From positions 1-39,077 of IMG/VR virus record IMGVR_UViG_3300014775_001014: 39,077 bases of DNA; one strand, 5' to 3'. Below, in pieces: positions 8,518 through 20,600 of this stretch. Positions within the stretch are counted from its first letter, which is position 1, and each line of letters starts with the position of its first letter. A program made the translations under genes and the position numbers. Origin of the DNA: a virus (taxonomy: Duplodnaviria; Caudoviricetes). The notes below the pieces were generated by a model. It had not been told where the DNA came from. It saw nothing but the letters and a program-made list of their open reading frames with translations, and ran no database searches.

Positions 8518-11500
8518 ATGAAACAAGAACAAGAGCAGCCAAAATTATCTCTATTTGTTCCTGAGAGATTTCCACACTTTGTAAGAGATGACAATCTCAG
8601 TATAATTCATTTTATAGAGTCCTACTACAAATCCCAGGAGAGCCCTTTCTTCTCTTTAGATTTAGTAGAATCTTTACTTGATTATTATGACTTAAATAGC
8701 TGCTATTTAAGAAATCTTGTTAAAGAATCTATTCTAGTAGAAATAACAGAAAGTTATATAGAATTAAAGAATACTTGTGGGTTTCCCAGAAGTGGTTTTA
8801 TAAAGATAAATGATGAAATTATCTACTACGGAAGAGTTGACGGAAACCGACTCTACGATTATAGTAGAGGCACCGGAACATTACTAAAAGTAAATGATTC
8901 CTTTGTATTTACAACTTCAGAGGAGGGTACACACACTTTTGGAGATTCTGTAAAGAATGTTGCCTACGACTTTGCATATAGCTTTTATACAAAAATTAAA
9001 TTTGAAATCCTTGAAAGTTTCCCAGAAGCTTTAAACGAAAATCTAAATTTATCTAATATATTAAAAAATATAAAAAGTTTTTACTTAACGAAGGGCACAT
9101 ACACTTCTGATAAGCTTTTCTTTAAGATATTATTTAATGACCTAGTACTGGTAACAAAATTACTTGATACTGGGTTTGGAGCAGTTCTGAAGCTAGTTAT
9201 CCACAACTCCACAATAGTCCGTGTAGATGTTTTAGATGGAGGAGAAGGCTATACAGACACTCTAGAAGTAGTCACTAAAGGAAACGGCTATGGTGCTGAT
9301 TTTAACGTTTCTGTAGTAGATGGTGTGGTTACTGGTGTAGAAGTAGTTAATGGTGGTTTTGGATATGACGTAAACAGTTATTTAGAAATTGCTCAGAAAC
9401 AATTTGAGCTGGGTGATATTGTAGAGGGTGAAAATAACAACTTTGCTAGAGTAGTAAGAGCTTCTGGTAGAAATATATCCTTATATATTCTAAAGGGTAG
9501 ATTTAGCTATGGTGAAATAATAAAGACCGATGAAGTTGTTGATACTATCGATTATTTTGATTCTTTAGATGCTCTACCAAAAAGAATAACTCCATATAGC
9601 AATACATTAAAGTTATCTGATAGTAAAACCATAGAATATGATTACATTACTCTAACACCTTTAGATAATGAAGATACTCTAGAATCTTTAAAACTTGGAA
9701 ATACATTAACCTATAGAAAATGCGATGACACTTACACATTCAGTTATGGTAATGTAAACAGAGTATTAGATTTCTATGGAAAAATAAAATACAATATAAA
9801 TGTAGAATCTAACGATTTTTTATTTTTCAACTCTACAACTAAAGTTTTATCTGTAACTGAAGATGACATTACTGTAGATAATGCCTCCGGATTCTCTCTA
9901 AGTGGTGGATACTTTATCAGTGGTGGCTATGAATACAAATTTGAAAAGAGAAATTTTAACCAACTATTTGACGTAACTAAAGTTGGTCATTCACAGGAGA
10001 TATCAGCAGGGGACTTTGTCCAGTTCATTGCTTATATCCATAAAGGTGAGAAGATTTACAATCTAGTCTATGATGAAAATGGCAAAGGCTATTCTATAGA
10101 ACCTAAATTCAATGGAACTAAAATATTTTTATCTGATGGTGGATTTGGAGAACATCTAAAATACAAAATTCAAGAATCTAGAGTAAATACTCTAGACCCA
10201 TATATAAATTACTGGAGAACTAACGAAACTTTCGTCGTAAAGGACAGTGCGATAACTGAAAATGTCTTTTGTGATATAAGTGCGGTTTTTGAAGGTACTA
10301 ATGAGACTTATGTAGCATTTACACAAATACCTAATAGAAATTTAGACTTCTCTACATTAGGGGCAGCAGACCAAAAAGAATTAAAAAGAATCCAAAAACG
10401 TCCGAGAATAGTAGATAAAAAATCTAAAAACTCTAAAGGTGTTGGTGTACTTTTAGATGGTACTCAGATTCAATCCTTTAGAGGTAGAGAACTCACATAT
10501 GGTAAATACACCACCATGGAGATTATTGATGGTGGTAGTAACTATCCTTTAGTAGAATCTGCTGGAACGGTTACTAATCCCGCTTTAGCAATTAAAGCCG
10601 ATAGTGGAAATTACATTTATTTAGCAGACCTAGTTAAGGTATATGGCAGTGTAGATAATATAAGCATTTTAAACCTCACTACAGACGATTTAAACGGGTT
10701 TACGTCTAAACCATCATATACAATCGAAAACGCTGCTGGAGACGAAGGAAACGGTCTTGTATTAGATTTTAAAACCGAAAAGACCTACAACCAATTTGGT
10801 AGAATAACTAATATAAAAATTACTGCTGTTATCGTAGTGAATGGTGGGCAGAATTACACCAAAAAGCCCACAATAAAAATTGTAGGTGGTGGGAAAATAT
10901 TTCCAATTGCCATACCAAAAGATGACATCTCAATATCGGGTGAAGTAAGATTCTTAAATGGAACTTTTAATGAAGATTTCACTGACGATGACCTTAAAAC
11001 TCAATATCTACTCAGTTCCTCCGAACCAAAAGAAACTCTGGATGCTTTCACTAGAGTAATAAACCCAACCATAGAATATGGTTCTGGAGCCATAATTGAA
11101 GTAGAAACTATTGATGGTATTGTAGTTTCCGCTACTGTAGTAGATGGTGGAAGAAATTATATAGTAACTCCAACTGTAAAGGTTCTTGGTGTTGGCTTTG
11201 GGGCACTACTAAGGGCTGTAGTAGTTGATGGAGTTATAACTGAAGTTATTGTGGAGGCTGGTGGTAATGGCTATAGCATAACCCCGGCAGTTTCTGTTGA
11301 AACACCAGGGGAAGGGTTTAAAACAGCAAGTGAAATAACTAAATGGACTTATAATATTCCTGAGATTATAGCAACTGATGATTATGGTGGTTTTGTTTTT
11401 GATAAAAATTCTGCCTTACATACTCAGATTTTAGATAGAAACACTTTAGTAAGCCAGGAAATAATTCCAGGCTATCTTCAAGTTTCCTATAACCACAACG

Positions 11501-14500
11501 CAACAAATAACACATATTGGGTTATAGATGAGTTATATCATTCAAATATAATAGGTTGGTCTTATGATGGAGTTCCTATTTATAGTGGCTATAGAACTTT
11601 CAAAGAGCCTCTAAACGATAATTCTGCTAATCCAGATAAGCCCATTTTCTCTTCTAGAGCTAGTATAGGTACGTTTATAAATTCATCTGGTCTTATAGAT
11701 TATGCGAATATAGATGAAGTTAGATTTAATTATGACTTAGCAGATTTAACTGCAAGCCCAAGCTTGCTTTTAGAGGCTGAAGCTATTAATCTGGCAAGGG
11801 ATGGTGAGAATCTTTCAGAGTGGGAAATAAGCCCGGCGGATTCTTTAGTTGTTACTGAAAATCAGGCTGTTTCTCCGGACGGAAACACTACCGCAGACTT
11901 ATTGGTTCATGATACAAACACCAATGCTCATATCCTATTTAGAACATTTTCTGGAAGTATTGATACACAATACACAGCTTCAGTTTTTGTAAAGAGTGCT
12001 GGTGTACAATATGCAACTATAAGATTAGATAACAGTGGGTTTTCTAGCGCCAAAATTACTGTTATAGACCTTACTAGTGGAGCTGTAACTACATCCACTG
12101 GAGAGGCAACTCCAATAGCTGAAGACTATGGTAATGGCTGGTACAGAGTTAGTGTCACTAATACAACAGATTCTGACGGAGGAAATTATGTTGTCGCTTT
12201 ATCTCCTTCAATAAATTTTGGTGGTACTGACTATGCTGGTGATGGAATATCTGGAATATATGCTTGGGGTGTACAAGTAGAAGCAGGAGATACCGTAACT
12301 TCTTATATACCATCAGGTTATGATTTCATTTCTAGAGCATCTGAAGCCACCTATATAGACTCCAATGGTCTTATAGCCACCGCAGCTATAGATGAAGCTA
12401 GATATAACTACAATTTAAATGACCTAACAGACCCACCAACACTTTTATTGGAAGATGCTTCAACGAATCTTTTAGAGTCCGTAGATAACTGGGACTCCTC
12501 TAGTATTAATGTTACTCTAAATGCTGAGGTTTCTCCCGATGGGACTGCGAATGCTTTAGAAATAATAGCAGACGACCAAGAGGGTTCCCATTATATAAAT
12601 GGTCTAGTCCTAGATGAGCCTTACACTAATGGAGATACTTACACTTATTCGATCTTTGTTAAGGGTGACGAAGGGTATAAAATTAGACTTGCAGTTTACT
12701 ACAGCCCTGGGTTTAGATATGCAGATTTTGACCTCTTATTGAACGATATTTACGTCCAGGGAAATACCCCCTATTCATACACGGACTATGGCAATGGCTG
12801 GTATAGAGTATCGATAACTTATCAAATAGCTGATGATACCGACAACAGAATGCTATGTCGAGTAATATTAAGGAACTCTGATGGACTTGTAGTATACACC
12901 GGAGACAATACAACTGGGGGCTTATATGTCTTTGGTGGTCAGTGCGAGAAGGGAGACATCCCAACATCTTACATATACACAGACACCACAGCAGCAACTA
13001 GAGAAGCAGATGTGAGAGTAGCTTCTACCTCCACAACTAGAGCAGAAGATATAACAATAATGAACTCTGCTCCACTAGACTCTTCATATAGGTTAAAGCT
13101 TTCTGTAGACACATTTAGACCTAACATTGCAGATTACCCATTTGGTTATTTTGTAGAAGATTTTGAATATGTTAATGGACTTGGAGATTTGGATGAATAC
13201 AATGGAAGATTCTGTGTAACCCCAGAATTTCCAGAAGGTAGATACTGCTATTTTGCTACAGATACCTTTCCATATTTTGTTGGTCTTACTCACAAATATA
13301 CAATAGACCCATACAACATAAAATCGAACTCCAACGTCAATTATTTGCCGGAAAACTTACTTAGAGTTCATTATAATGATGAAAGATATCCATTCTACAA
13401 AAATAATAACGGCTCCAGTTACATAGAAATAAGTCAAGTCAGTGGTGGTCAAATTGATACTGTATATGTCGAAAATGGTGGCTTTAACTATACCATGTCT
13501 GACAAAGTTATAGTTGACAACACTGGAACTAGTGGTAGTGGCTTTAGTTGTAGAATTTCAAAGATCCGAGGAGTTTTTATACTTTTCAGTGACTATAATG
13601 CAATTGACAAAAGGCTCACAGTATCGACTTCAGCAAGCCATGAACTTTTAGATAAAGACGAGATTTTCATAAAGCCGGAAGCATTAAATAATACAATCCT
13701 ACCAGAAACTACAGTAACAATTACTTCTGGTATGGATGATTTTAGTATCCTCAATTGTTTAAACTATCTTTTTGTTCTTGATTCTAGCTTTGTAGACTCC
13801 GGATTTCAGTATTACAAAATAGTCTTTTCTAGAGACCCAGATATATTAGACACTTTATATATCCCAAATTATATATTTGGAGACAAACAAATCCAAATAA
13901 ACACCATAGATTTACCAGAATCTTTCTATATTTTAGTCGTAGACTCCACGGATGTTATTGTAGAAAGCGTAAGGTGCTTTAAAGAGGAGTTTGGGCTCTA
14001 TGGTACACATGAAATAAAGTATGAGACAAACTCTTCCTTCAGCTTTTTAATTCCTGATAACTCTGTGGCATTTAGTGGACTTTTTGAGCCATCTTATTAC
14101 TCAGTAGTCAATACTTCTGGAAATTATAACGCACCCATAGAAGAAGTCTCTATTGTTTCTCCTGGAGACGGTTATAAGTTATCTCCGAAGCTATCTGTAA
14201 GAAGCAGAACTGGTAATGGAGCATCTTTAAACTGCTCTGGTGTCGATGTCGGGAGAGTTCTTGGGTTCGATATAATTAAAAATACTAATTTTGCTTTAGG
14301 ATATACACATGATTATTATGAAACCAGCAACTACTATTCTGGAAAAGTTAAAGGAAATTTCGAGTTATATGATGTTGAATTAATAACTCCATTTTTCCTT
14401 GAAGGTGATAGTCCCATAGTAATTATAAAAAACACTGCTACAATAATTGACGTAAACTTTTTAACTGATGGTGATTACTACTATGGGATTGAGCTTGTAG

Positions 14501-16068
14501 ACACCATTAAGCCACTAGAAGCTGAATATGATTTAAGTATTTTCTATAGAGCAGAAACCGAATTTGATGGAGAAACCTTTTCGTTTGGAACAATAGAATT
14601 ACCCCAAACTCCTGTAACTGATATAGCTTTAAATAATTTGCTATTTTTCAGAAATGGTGTTTTGCAAGATGAGACTGAATATTTTCTATTAAATGGGGAG
14701 ATAACCTTTGACCCCGGAGATGCACCAAAGCAAGAAGAAAGAATCTTTGGGATTAAAACTAATAATGCGACATATAAAAAATTAACTTTCGCATTCTCTG
14801 ATAATGTAACCTCTTTCCATTTAGAACTATTTGAGGGTGATGGTCTCGACCTTAGTGCAGAAACTGGAGATAAGTTTTTAGTATTTAAAGAGGGTATTCT
14901 TCAATCTAAAACTAAATGGACTTGGGATGTAACTAATCGGTATATTATATTCAATGAGCCAGTAGACCCGGATTTCGTTGAACCTTACCAGTCCTTCCAA
15001 GTAATATATCTCCCAGAGTCTTATGAGTTCTTTACCACAGCAGATAATAGCATAGAGATAACTGATAATGGGAATTATACCTTTGCTGGTGTTGGTGGAT
15101 ATGATTTAAACAACATATTACTTTCCTACAATGGTGTACCTCAGGCTAAAACTATAGATTTTATAAGAACATCGGATGACCTTTTGGGGGGCAATTTTGT
15201 AGATTCTCTAGAATTAGTTAATCCGAACCCAGACGAGGGAGAGACATTTGCTTATGTCTTTGGTGGGGATACTTCATACGTTGAGTTAGTTTCTACGGCA
15301 GAATTTAATTCAATCGATATTAAAGGTTATTACAGAAGAATGCCTTTACCATTAGATAAAGCTTTATATACAGAAGACGGAACCAAAGTTCTATTTACAA
15401 ATATCGGTGATAATGGTGATTCTGTATTCTTTAAAGAAAATGAAGGATTAGATTTAAGTGATGGGGAAGAAAATCTCTACTTTTATGACGGAAGTTTATA
15501 CGGGAAATTATATGCCACTAAAGGCTCTAGACTTTACACTAATCTAGATTCAAAACAAGATAAAACTATAATACAAAAATCTAGTAAAATATCGGATAAA
15601 AACGATAGATTAACTAGCAAGTATTATAATCCATTTACTCTAGATATAGGATTCTACAAAGACCCGAAAGACTGGAGAAATACATATAAAAACGTTTCTA
15701 AACCTGCCGGAATAAAGGCTTATGACAGAATGCTCTTTGAGACTTTCTCCTCTTTGGATAAGTCGATTAGAAGTAATACGTCATTAAAGATACTTCCAGA
15801 TGAAGGAATAGGGCAGTATGTGACTGTTACTGATAGTGGAATCGCACTTCCTGATAGCAATTATTGTACTTTTGATTGTTCTGGGTTAATGACCTGGGAT
15901 GGTGGAAATTATATTTATAGTGAAGCTCCACCGATCACATATTCTATAGTTGGTGATAACGCAGTATTCTCAGATTCTGTTGGTGACATTTTGACTGTTC
16001 CTTCGGAGGAGGTTTTAAACCCCGAAATTGTCGTTCAATACCAATGTGTTGATAAGCCTGGATGCTGA
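8518..16068 (+). CDS. Giant baseplate wedge initiator (cyanophage gp7-like), ~2516 aa, with YHYH-like domain
   Basis: Between gp6 and gp8; 'PHFVRDD...FIESYYKSQE', 'KNIKSFYLTKGT', 'HSNIIGWSYDGVPIY...GDLDEYNGRFCVTPEFPEG', many 'V.V.DGG.GY' repeats; start moved from TTG 8464 to ATG 8518. Confidence 0.8.
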   Translation: MKQEQEQPKLSLFVPERFPHFVRDDNLSIIHFIESYYKSQESPFFSLDLVESLLDYYDLNSCYLRNLVKESILVEITESYIELKNTCGFPRSGFIKINDEIIYYGRVDGNRLYDYSRGTGTLLKVNDSFVFTTSEEGTHTFGDSVKNVAYDFAYSFYTKIKFEILESFPEALNENLNLSNILKNIKSFYLTKGTYTSDKLFFKILFNDLVLVTKLLDTGFGAVLKLVIHNSTIVRVDVLDGGEGYTDTLEVVTKGNGYGADFNVSVVDGVVTGVEVVNGGFGYDVNSYLEIAQKQFELGDIVEGENNNFARVVRASGRNISLYILKGRFSYGEIIKTDEVVDTIDYFDSLDALPKRITPYSNTLKLSDSKTIEYDYITLTPLDNEDTLESLKLGNTLTYRKCDDTYTFSYGNVNRVLDFYGKIKYNINVESNDFLFFNSTTKVLSVTEDDITVDNASGFSLSGGYFISGGYEYKFEKRNFNQLFDVTKVGHSQEISAGDFVQFIAYIHKGEKIYNLVYDENGKGYSIEPKFNGTKIFLSDGGFGEHLKYKIQESRVNTLDPYINYWRTNETFVVKDSAITENVFCDISAVFEGTNETYVAFTQIPNRNLDFSTLGAADQKELKRIQKRPRIVDKKSKNSKGVGVLLDGTQIQSFRGRELTYGKYTTMEIIDGGSNYPLVESAGTVTNPALAIKADSGNYIYLADLVKVYGSVDNISILNLTTDDLNGFTSKPSYTIENAAGDEGNGLVLDFKTEKTYNQFGRITNIKITAVIVVNGGQNYTKKPTIKIVGGGKIFPIAIPKDDISISGEVRFLNGTFNEDFTDDDLKTQYLLSSSEPKETLDAFTRVINPTIEYGSGAIIEVETIDGIVVSATVVDGGRNYIVTPTVKVLGVGFGALLRAVVVDGVITEVIVEAGGNGYSITPAVSVETPGEGFKTASEITKWTYNIPEIIATDDYGGFVFDKNSALHTQILDRNTLVSQEIIPGYLQVSYNHNATNNTYWVIDELYHSNIIGWSYDGVPIYSGYRTFKEPLNDNSANPDKPIFSSRASIGTFINSSGLIDYANIDEVRFNYDLADLTASPSLLLEAEAINLARDGENLSEWEISPADSLVVTENQAVSPDGNTTADLLVHDTNTNAHILFRTFSGSIDTQYTASVFVKSAGVQYATIRLDNSGFSSAKITVIDLTSGAVTTSTGEATPIAEDYGNGWYRVSVTNTTDSDGGNYVVALSPSINFGGTDYAGDGISGIYAWGVQVEAGDTVTSYIPSGYDFISRASEATYIDSNGLIATAAIDEARYNYNLNDLTDPPTLLLEDASTNLLESVDNWDSSSINVTLNAEVSPDGTANALEIIADDQEGSHYINGLVLDEPYTNGDTYTYSIFVKGDEGYKIRLAVYYSPGFRYADFDLLLNDIYVQGNTPYSYTDYGNGWYRVSITYQIADDTDNRMLCRVILRNSDGLVVYTGDNTTGGLYVFGGQCEKGDIPTSYIYTDTTAATREADVRVASTSTTRAEDITIMNSAPLDSSYRLKLSVDTFRPNIADYPFGYFVEDFEYVNGLGDLDEYNGRFCVTPEFPEGRYCYFATDTFPYFVGLTHKYTIDPYNIKSNSNVNYLPENLLRVHYNDERYPFYKNNNGSSYIEISQVSGGQIDTVYVENGGFNYTMSDKVIVDNTGTSGSGFSCRISKIRGVFILFSDYNAIDKRLTVSTSASHELLDKDEIFIKPEALNNTILPETTVTITSGMDDFSILNCLNYLFVLDSSFVDSGFQYYKIVFSRDPDILDTLYIPNYIFGDKQIQINTIDLPESFYILVVDSTDVIVESVRCFKEEFGLYGTHEIKYETNSSFSFLIPDNSVAFSGLFEPSYYSVVNTSGNYNAPIEEVSIVSPGDGYKLSPKLSVRSRTGNGASLNCSGVDVGRVLGFDIIKNTNFALGYTHDYYETSNYYSGKVKGNFELYDVELITPFFLEGDSPIVIIKNTATIIDVNFLTDGDYYYGIELVDTIKPLEAEYDLSIFYRAETEFDGETFSFGTIELPQTPVTDIALNNLLFFRNGVLQDETEYFLLNGEITFDPGDAPKQEERIFGIKTNNATYKKLTFAFSDNVTSFHLELFEGDGLDLSAETGDKFLVFKEGILQSKTKWTWDVTNRYIIFNEPVDPDFVEPYQSFQVIYLPESYEFFTTADNSIEITDNGNYTFAGVGGYDLNNILLSYNGVPQAKTIDFIRTSDDLLGGNFVDSLELVNPNPDEGETFAYVFGGDTSYVELVSTAEFNSIDIKGYYRRMPLPLDKALYTEDGTKVLFTNIGDNGDSVFFKENEGLDLSDGEENLYFYDGSLYGKLYATKGSRLYTNLDSKQDKTIIQKSSKISDKNDRLTSKYYNPFTLDIGFYKDPKDWRNTYKNVSKPAGIKAYDRMLFETFSSLDKSIRSNTSLKILPDEGIGQYVTVTDSGIALPDSNYCTFDCSGLMTWDGGNYIYSEAPPITYSIVGDNAVFSDSVGDILTVPSEEVLNPEIVVQYQCVDKPGC
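11647..13053 (+). repeat. Intragenic duplication of a ~226-aa beta-sandwich/fibre-type domain
   Basis: Both units read F.SRAS..T.I.S.GLI..A.IDE.R.NY.L.DLT..P.LLLE...NL, VSPDG, YT.S.FVK, DYGNGWYRVS.T, G.Q.E.GD..TSYI; starts at 11647 and 12325. Confidence 0.85.
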
Positions 16069-16101
16069 TAAGTATTTCAAACAAAACTATTTTTAATTAT
16101 T

Positions 16102-17640
16102 ATGAGTGTAACAAACGACTTTAAGGTTTCTGTGGCTAGACTTTTCTTTAGTTCATTGTCTAATACAAATGAGGTTAACCAAGAAGACAAAACAATCCTA
16201 TATCTTTTTATAGGACGTTCAACTCCTTGGGAATCTTCCCCACCAACCTTTAAAGATTCTCTGAGCAATATCTTAACTACACAGGGGGAAATATATTCTC
16301 TCAAAAGAATAGATAAAGGCAATATATCACACGTAATTCCAAGAATAACTTGGACAGAAAATAGCATCTATGATATCTATGATTCTTATGAAGATATTAG
16401 TGATAAAAACTTTTTTGTAGTAAACTCCCAAAACCAAGTTTTTAAGTGTCTTCACAATGGAGCTAAGAGTCTTTTAGATAGTCCAAAAAGAACTGGGGTC
16501 ACTGCTACGAGTGAACCGATAAAGGACATAAATGACCCAAATAATACAGTTTCTACTCCAGATGGATATGTTTGGAAATGGATTTACACTATACCTACAG
16601 AATTAGATTTGGAGTTTTCTACTCCGAATTTTATTCCAGTAGTTCATGACCAAGATGTTAGAGAGTTTGCTGAAGAAATCCCAGGAAGAATAGAGTCTGT
16701 TAAACATTTAATCGATAGAAACGATACAACTCCTTTAGAAAATCAATTTAATAATGGTATATTTTTTACTCCTATAAAAGGAGACGGTGAAGGTGCCATA
16801 GCTGAGATTATAATTGAGTATGATTCTGGATTTAATGTAATAAAGGAAGTAAATATAACAGCAACTGGGAAGAATTACACATACGGAGTAATTGATATTG
16901 ACGACGTTTATAGTGACCCAACTCTTCTAAACCAAGTTCAGATGTACCCACCATCTACTAATTTAAATTATGAATCAATTGAGTATATCAAACCAATGAT
17001 ATCTCCGAATTTTGGGCATGGATATGACCCAATTTCAGAGTTATTTTCAAATAAATTGATGTTTTCTGAGGTTTTACAATCAGAAGTAGATTTTGGGAAT
17101 GTTCCTTTAGATGCTAATTTTAATTTCTATGGGATAATAAAAGACCCCTTAGATAATATCTACAATAAGTTGACAAAGGAATCTTATTATGCTGCTGAAA
17201 GTATAATAATAGATTCTGTCATTTCTGTAGATAGTGGAGCAATAATACAGCAAAATTTAGACTTAAATCAGGACACTATTACTGATAGCAATGAAATTGC
17301 TTTAGGTGTAGTTGTAAACAGTGAAATTGTTAATATTGGTGGTGTGAACAAAACCTTAATAAGATTTTATGGCGCTACGCAATTTTCTTCATTTGAAAAT
17401 AATCCAGTATATAAAACTAACACATTTGATGGAAGCCTCCCAGTTTTAGTAGGGACTTTAGCATCTTCCTATGATATATTTGATTATACGGGAACTTTAA
17501 AAAATATCAATTTTTCTAATGGCGTTGGTTCAAGAGAATATAAATATGGAACTGGAGAAATACTAGAAATACAAAACATAAATAACATTAAGAGGGTATT
17601 TCAGCAGAGCGAAGAAATAAAAATTATAATAGAGTTTTAA
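16102..17640 (+). CDS. gp8: Baseplate wedge subunit gp8
   Basis: YLFIGRSTPW, VIPRITW, FFVVNSQNQVFKCLHNG, DGYVWKWIYTIP, ISPNFGHGYDPISEL, QSEEIKIIIEF. Confidence 0.92.
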   Translation: MSVTNDFKVSVARLFFSSLSNTNEVNQEDKTILYLFIGRSTPWESSPPTFKDSLSNILTTQGEIYSLKRIDKGNISHVIPRITWTENSIYDIYDSYEDISDKNFFVVNSQNQVFKCLHNGAKSLLDSPKRTGVTATSEPIKDINDPNNTVSTPDGYVWKWIYTIPTELDLEFSTPNFIPVVHDQDVREFAEEIPGRIESVKHLIDRNDTTPLENQFNNGIFFTPIKGDGEGAIAEIIIEYDSGFNVIKEVNITATGKNYTYGVIDIDDVYSDPTLLNQVQMYPPSTNLNYESIEYIKPMISPNFGHGYDPISELFSNKLMFSEVLQSEVDFGNVPLDANFNFYGIIKDPLDNIYNKLTKESYYAAESIIIDSVISVDSGAIIQQNLDLNQDTITDSNEIALGVVVNSEIVNIGGVNKTLIRFYGATQFSSFENNPVYKTNTFDGSLPVLVGTLASSYDIFDYTGTLKNINFSNGVGSREYKYGTGEILEIQNINNIKRVFQQSEEIKIIIEF

Positions 17641-17643
17641 AGT

Positions 17644-20600
17644 ATGATAAGCACAAATCTAAATATAACTCCATACCATGATGATTTTGATTTAGAGGAT
17701 TTGTATTTTAAATACCTTTTTAAATCTGGTGATACTATACAAACCAGAGAGTTAAATGGTATTCAAAGCCTTCTTCAGTCTCAAATAGAAAAGCTCGGTA
17801 ATTATGTGTTTACCGAGGGCTCTGTTGTAGTTCCTGGGCATGCTACTGCTGATACCCAAGCAATTGCAATCCCTTTAAATGCTTTTGTGAGTGGAGTTTC
17901 TGTTGATGATTATATAGAAACTCTGAAAGGAAAAGAAATAACTGGACTCAGTACAAAGATAAAGGCTAAAATTTTAGAAGTACTTAAAGGTGAAGACTCT
18001 GAGATTTCTAGACCGACTTTGTATATTAGATATATGAACAGTTCTCCGGAGGATGGGGGACAAACATTTGTAGATAATGAGTATTTAGAATATGACGGAA
18101 ACATAATAGGTTCAGTATCTTATGTTAATGGTGTAAATTCTACTGGAATAACAGCGAAAGTACAATCCGGTATTTATTTCGTTAGAGGACTATTTGTAGA
18201 AACTGAAGACCAAAGTATAATTGTTGAGCAATATGGAAACTCTGGCTCCTATAAAATAGGGTTTTTTGTAGAAGAAACTATAATAAGTGCTTTAGAAGAC
18301 CCCTCTTTATTTGATAATGCTCTTGGTTCTGAGAACGACACTGTTTCTGGTGCAGATAGACTTAAATTAGTTCTTAAGTTTGGAAGTTTAGATATCGGAA
18401 CCAACTCTAATGAAAACTTCATAGAATTACTAAGAGTATCTAATGGTGTTGTAGTTTCAAAGAAAGAAGAATCTGTAAAAAGTGTAGTTTCTACTGAACT
18501 ACAGAAATCTTTAGCTAGAACTGTTTACAACCAGTCAGGAAATTTTGTAGTAGAGCCCTTTACGGTATCTAGCAAATATACTCTCAACGACTTTGAAAAT
18601 AACGGTTTATATAAGTTATATACTTACAGTGCAGATGGCAAATTAGTAAGAACTTCTGATACTGCAAATCCGGATGAAATAAACGGAAACAAGTATATAA
18701 CATTGGATATGAGTGCTGGTGAAGCTTATGTTATGGGCTTTCCAATAGTTAAGAAGAACAACACTCTAATCAATGTAAACCGTCCTAACTTCTCTCAGAG
18801 TAAAAATAACGATACAACAGTAATGGTCGGTGGAACCTATATCCAAGCACCGACAAATATAGAAGAAAGTGTTTCTGACTCCGGTTATGAAAATATAGTA
18901 TTTCTAGACAACTCTTCCATAGAAATCGGTAAAGCTAAAGCTTTAGGATTAACAGAAAACAATAAATTATTCATATCAAATATTAGTTTTTACACTAAAG
19001 TAGTTGTCAGTGATGCCACCGGAATTACCAATAAAGGTATAGTAACTGGTCTTACTAGTGGAGCTAAAGGATTTATAGAGGTTGTTGATGGGACTGATTT
19101 ATATCTGTCGAATGTTAGTGGAACGTTTTCTATAGGTGAAACTTTAGAATTTAGTAACTTTGCGTTAACACCTACGGTATCATCTACAGAGTCCTATACA
19201 AATACGTCTGTAGAACATGTAAGAAAATCTGACGGGACTACGAATATATTTTCTACTGGTGGAGATGGTTTAGTATTTCTTTACCAGCAAAAGGAAAGAT
19301 TTGCTCAGATTTTAGAAGAGGATAATAGTGTAGTAAATGACCTATCCTACTATTACTCCAAAGTATTCTCCTGGGATGGTGTAACTCCTCTTGATAACAG
19401 TGAGCCATTCTTGGGTACTGGTCTTCTGGTAAACAACACTTCAAATGAGTCTATAAACGTCTCTATAGCCTCAGATGGGACTGTAAGTGGTAATGGAGGT
19501 ATTAGTGACGGGACAATATACGCTAAAGTCCTTAAGGGGGCTCCTACAGCTAAGACAAAGACCGATAGAATAAATAAAATCTTAAAAGTAGATTCTACGG
19601 CTATAGGAGACTTCTACGGCACTAGATACACAGATAACGAAATTTCCCTTGGTGTACCTAGTGTTTATGATATTTTGAGTGTTCGTGAGGTAAATGATTC
19701 AGCAAACCTCTTAACTGGTTTTTCTAGTGTTACTGTCAATGATGCTTCTGGATTAGCTGTCGGTGGAAAAATATTTGGAGTAAAATCTGATTCTGCTGTA
19801 GAGATCGTTTTTATATCTCTAAACACCGTTTATTTTGTGTCTCTCAACGAAAATAAATTTATAAATGGAGAATCTATATATTATATTTGGGATGATACTT
19901 TAACCTCATTATCTATCACTGGAGATGTTGTTGATGGCTATTTTACCGAAATAAGAGATAGATTTGATTTAATTGAAAACCAAAACGATGATTCTTATGG
20001 TATATCTTATTTAAAACTAAAAGAGGACTATACTAAACCATCTTCAGATATTGTTATAGTTTATAGTTACCATGAGCATGGAAATACTGGTAATTATTTC
20101 ACCGTTTCAAGTTATAGTGGAAGCTACGACAATTTAAAATCCTATAGAGGTCTATACCTTTCGGATATAATTGATTTCAGATTAAGTCCCTCTAGTTATG
20201 TCAATAACACTGGGGTTCTTACAGACCCATTTACACTAGTTCAGGATGAAACTTTAAATATAAATTCTCTATCATTTGATGACACTGATTTTGTTTATCC
20301 TGATTCTATATTGACCTTTGACCATACATACTATCTCCCAAGATTTGATGTTTTATATTTAAGAAGTGATGGGCAATTCGACTTTAGAGAAGGTGACTAT
20401 TCTTTAGAACCAAGAGTACCTAATAGTCCAGAGGATGCTCTAGTTTTATTTGAAATATATTATCCTGGATATATTAGAAACCTTAGTCAAATAAAATTCA
20501 GAGCTTTCTCATATCCTCGCTATACTATGAAAGATATAGCGGCTATAGATAATCGTGTAAATAATTTAGAATATTACACCACTTTAAATCTATTAGAAAC

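Noticed and set aside
11647-13053. Duplicated domain as a diversity-generating retroelement TR/VR pair
   Set aside because: Both copies are in-frame coding, differences are not adenine-specific, and no reverse transcriptase is present
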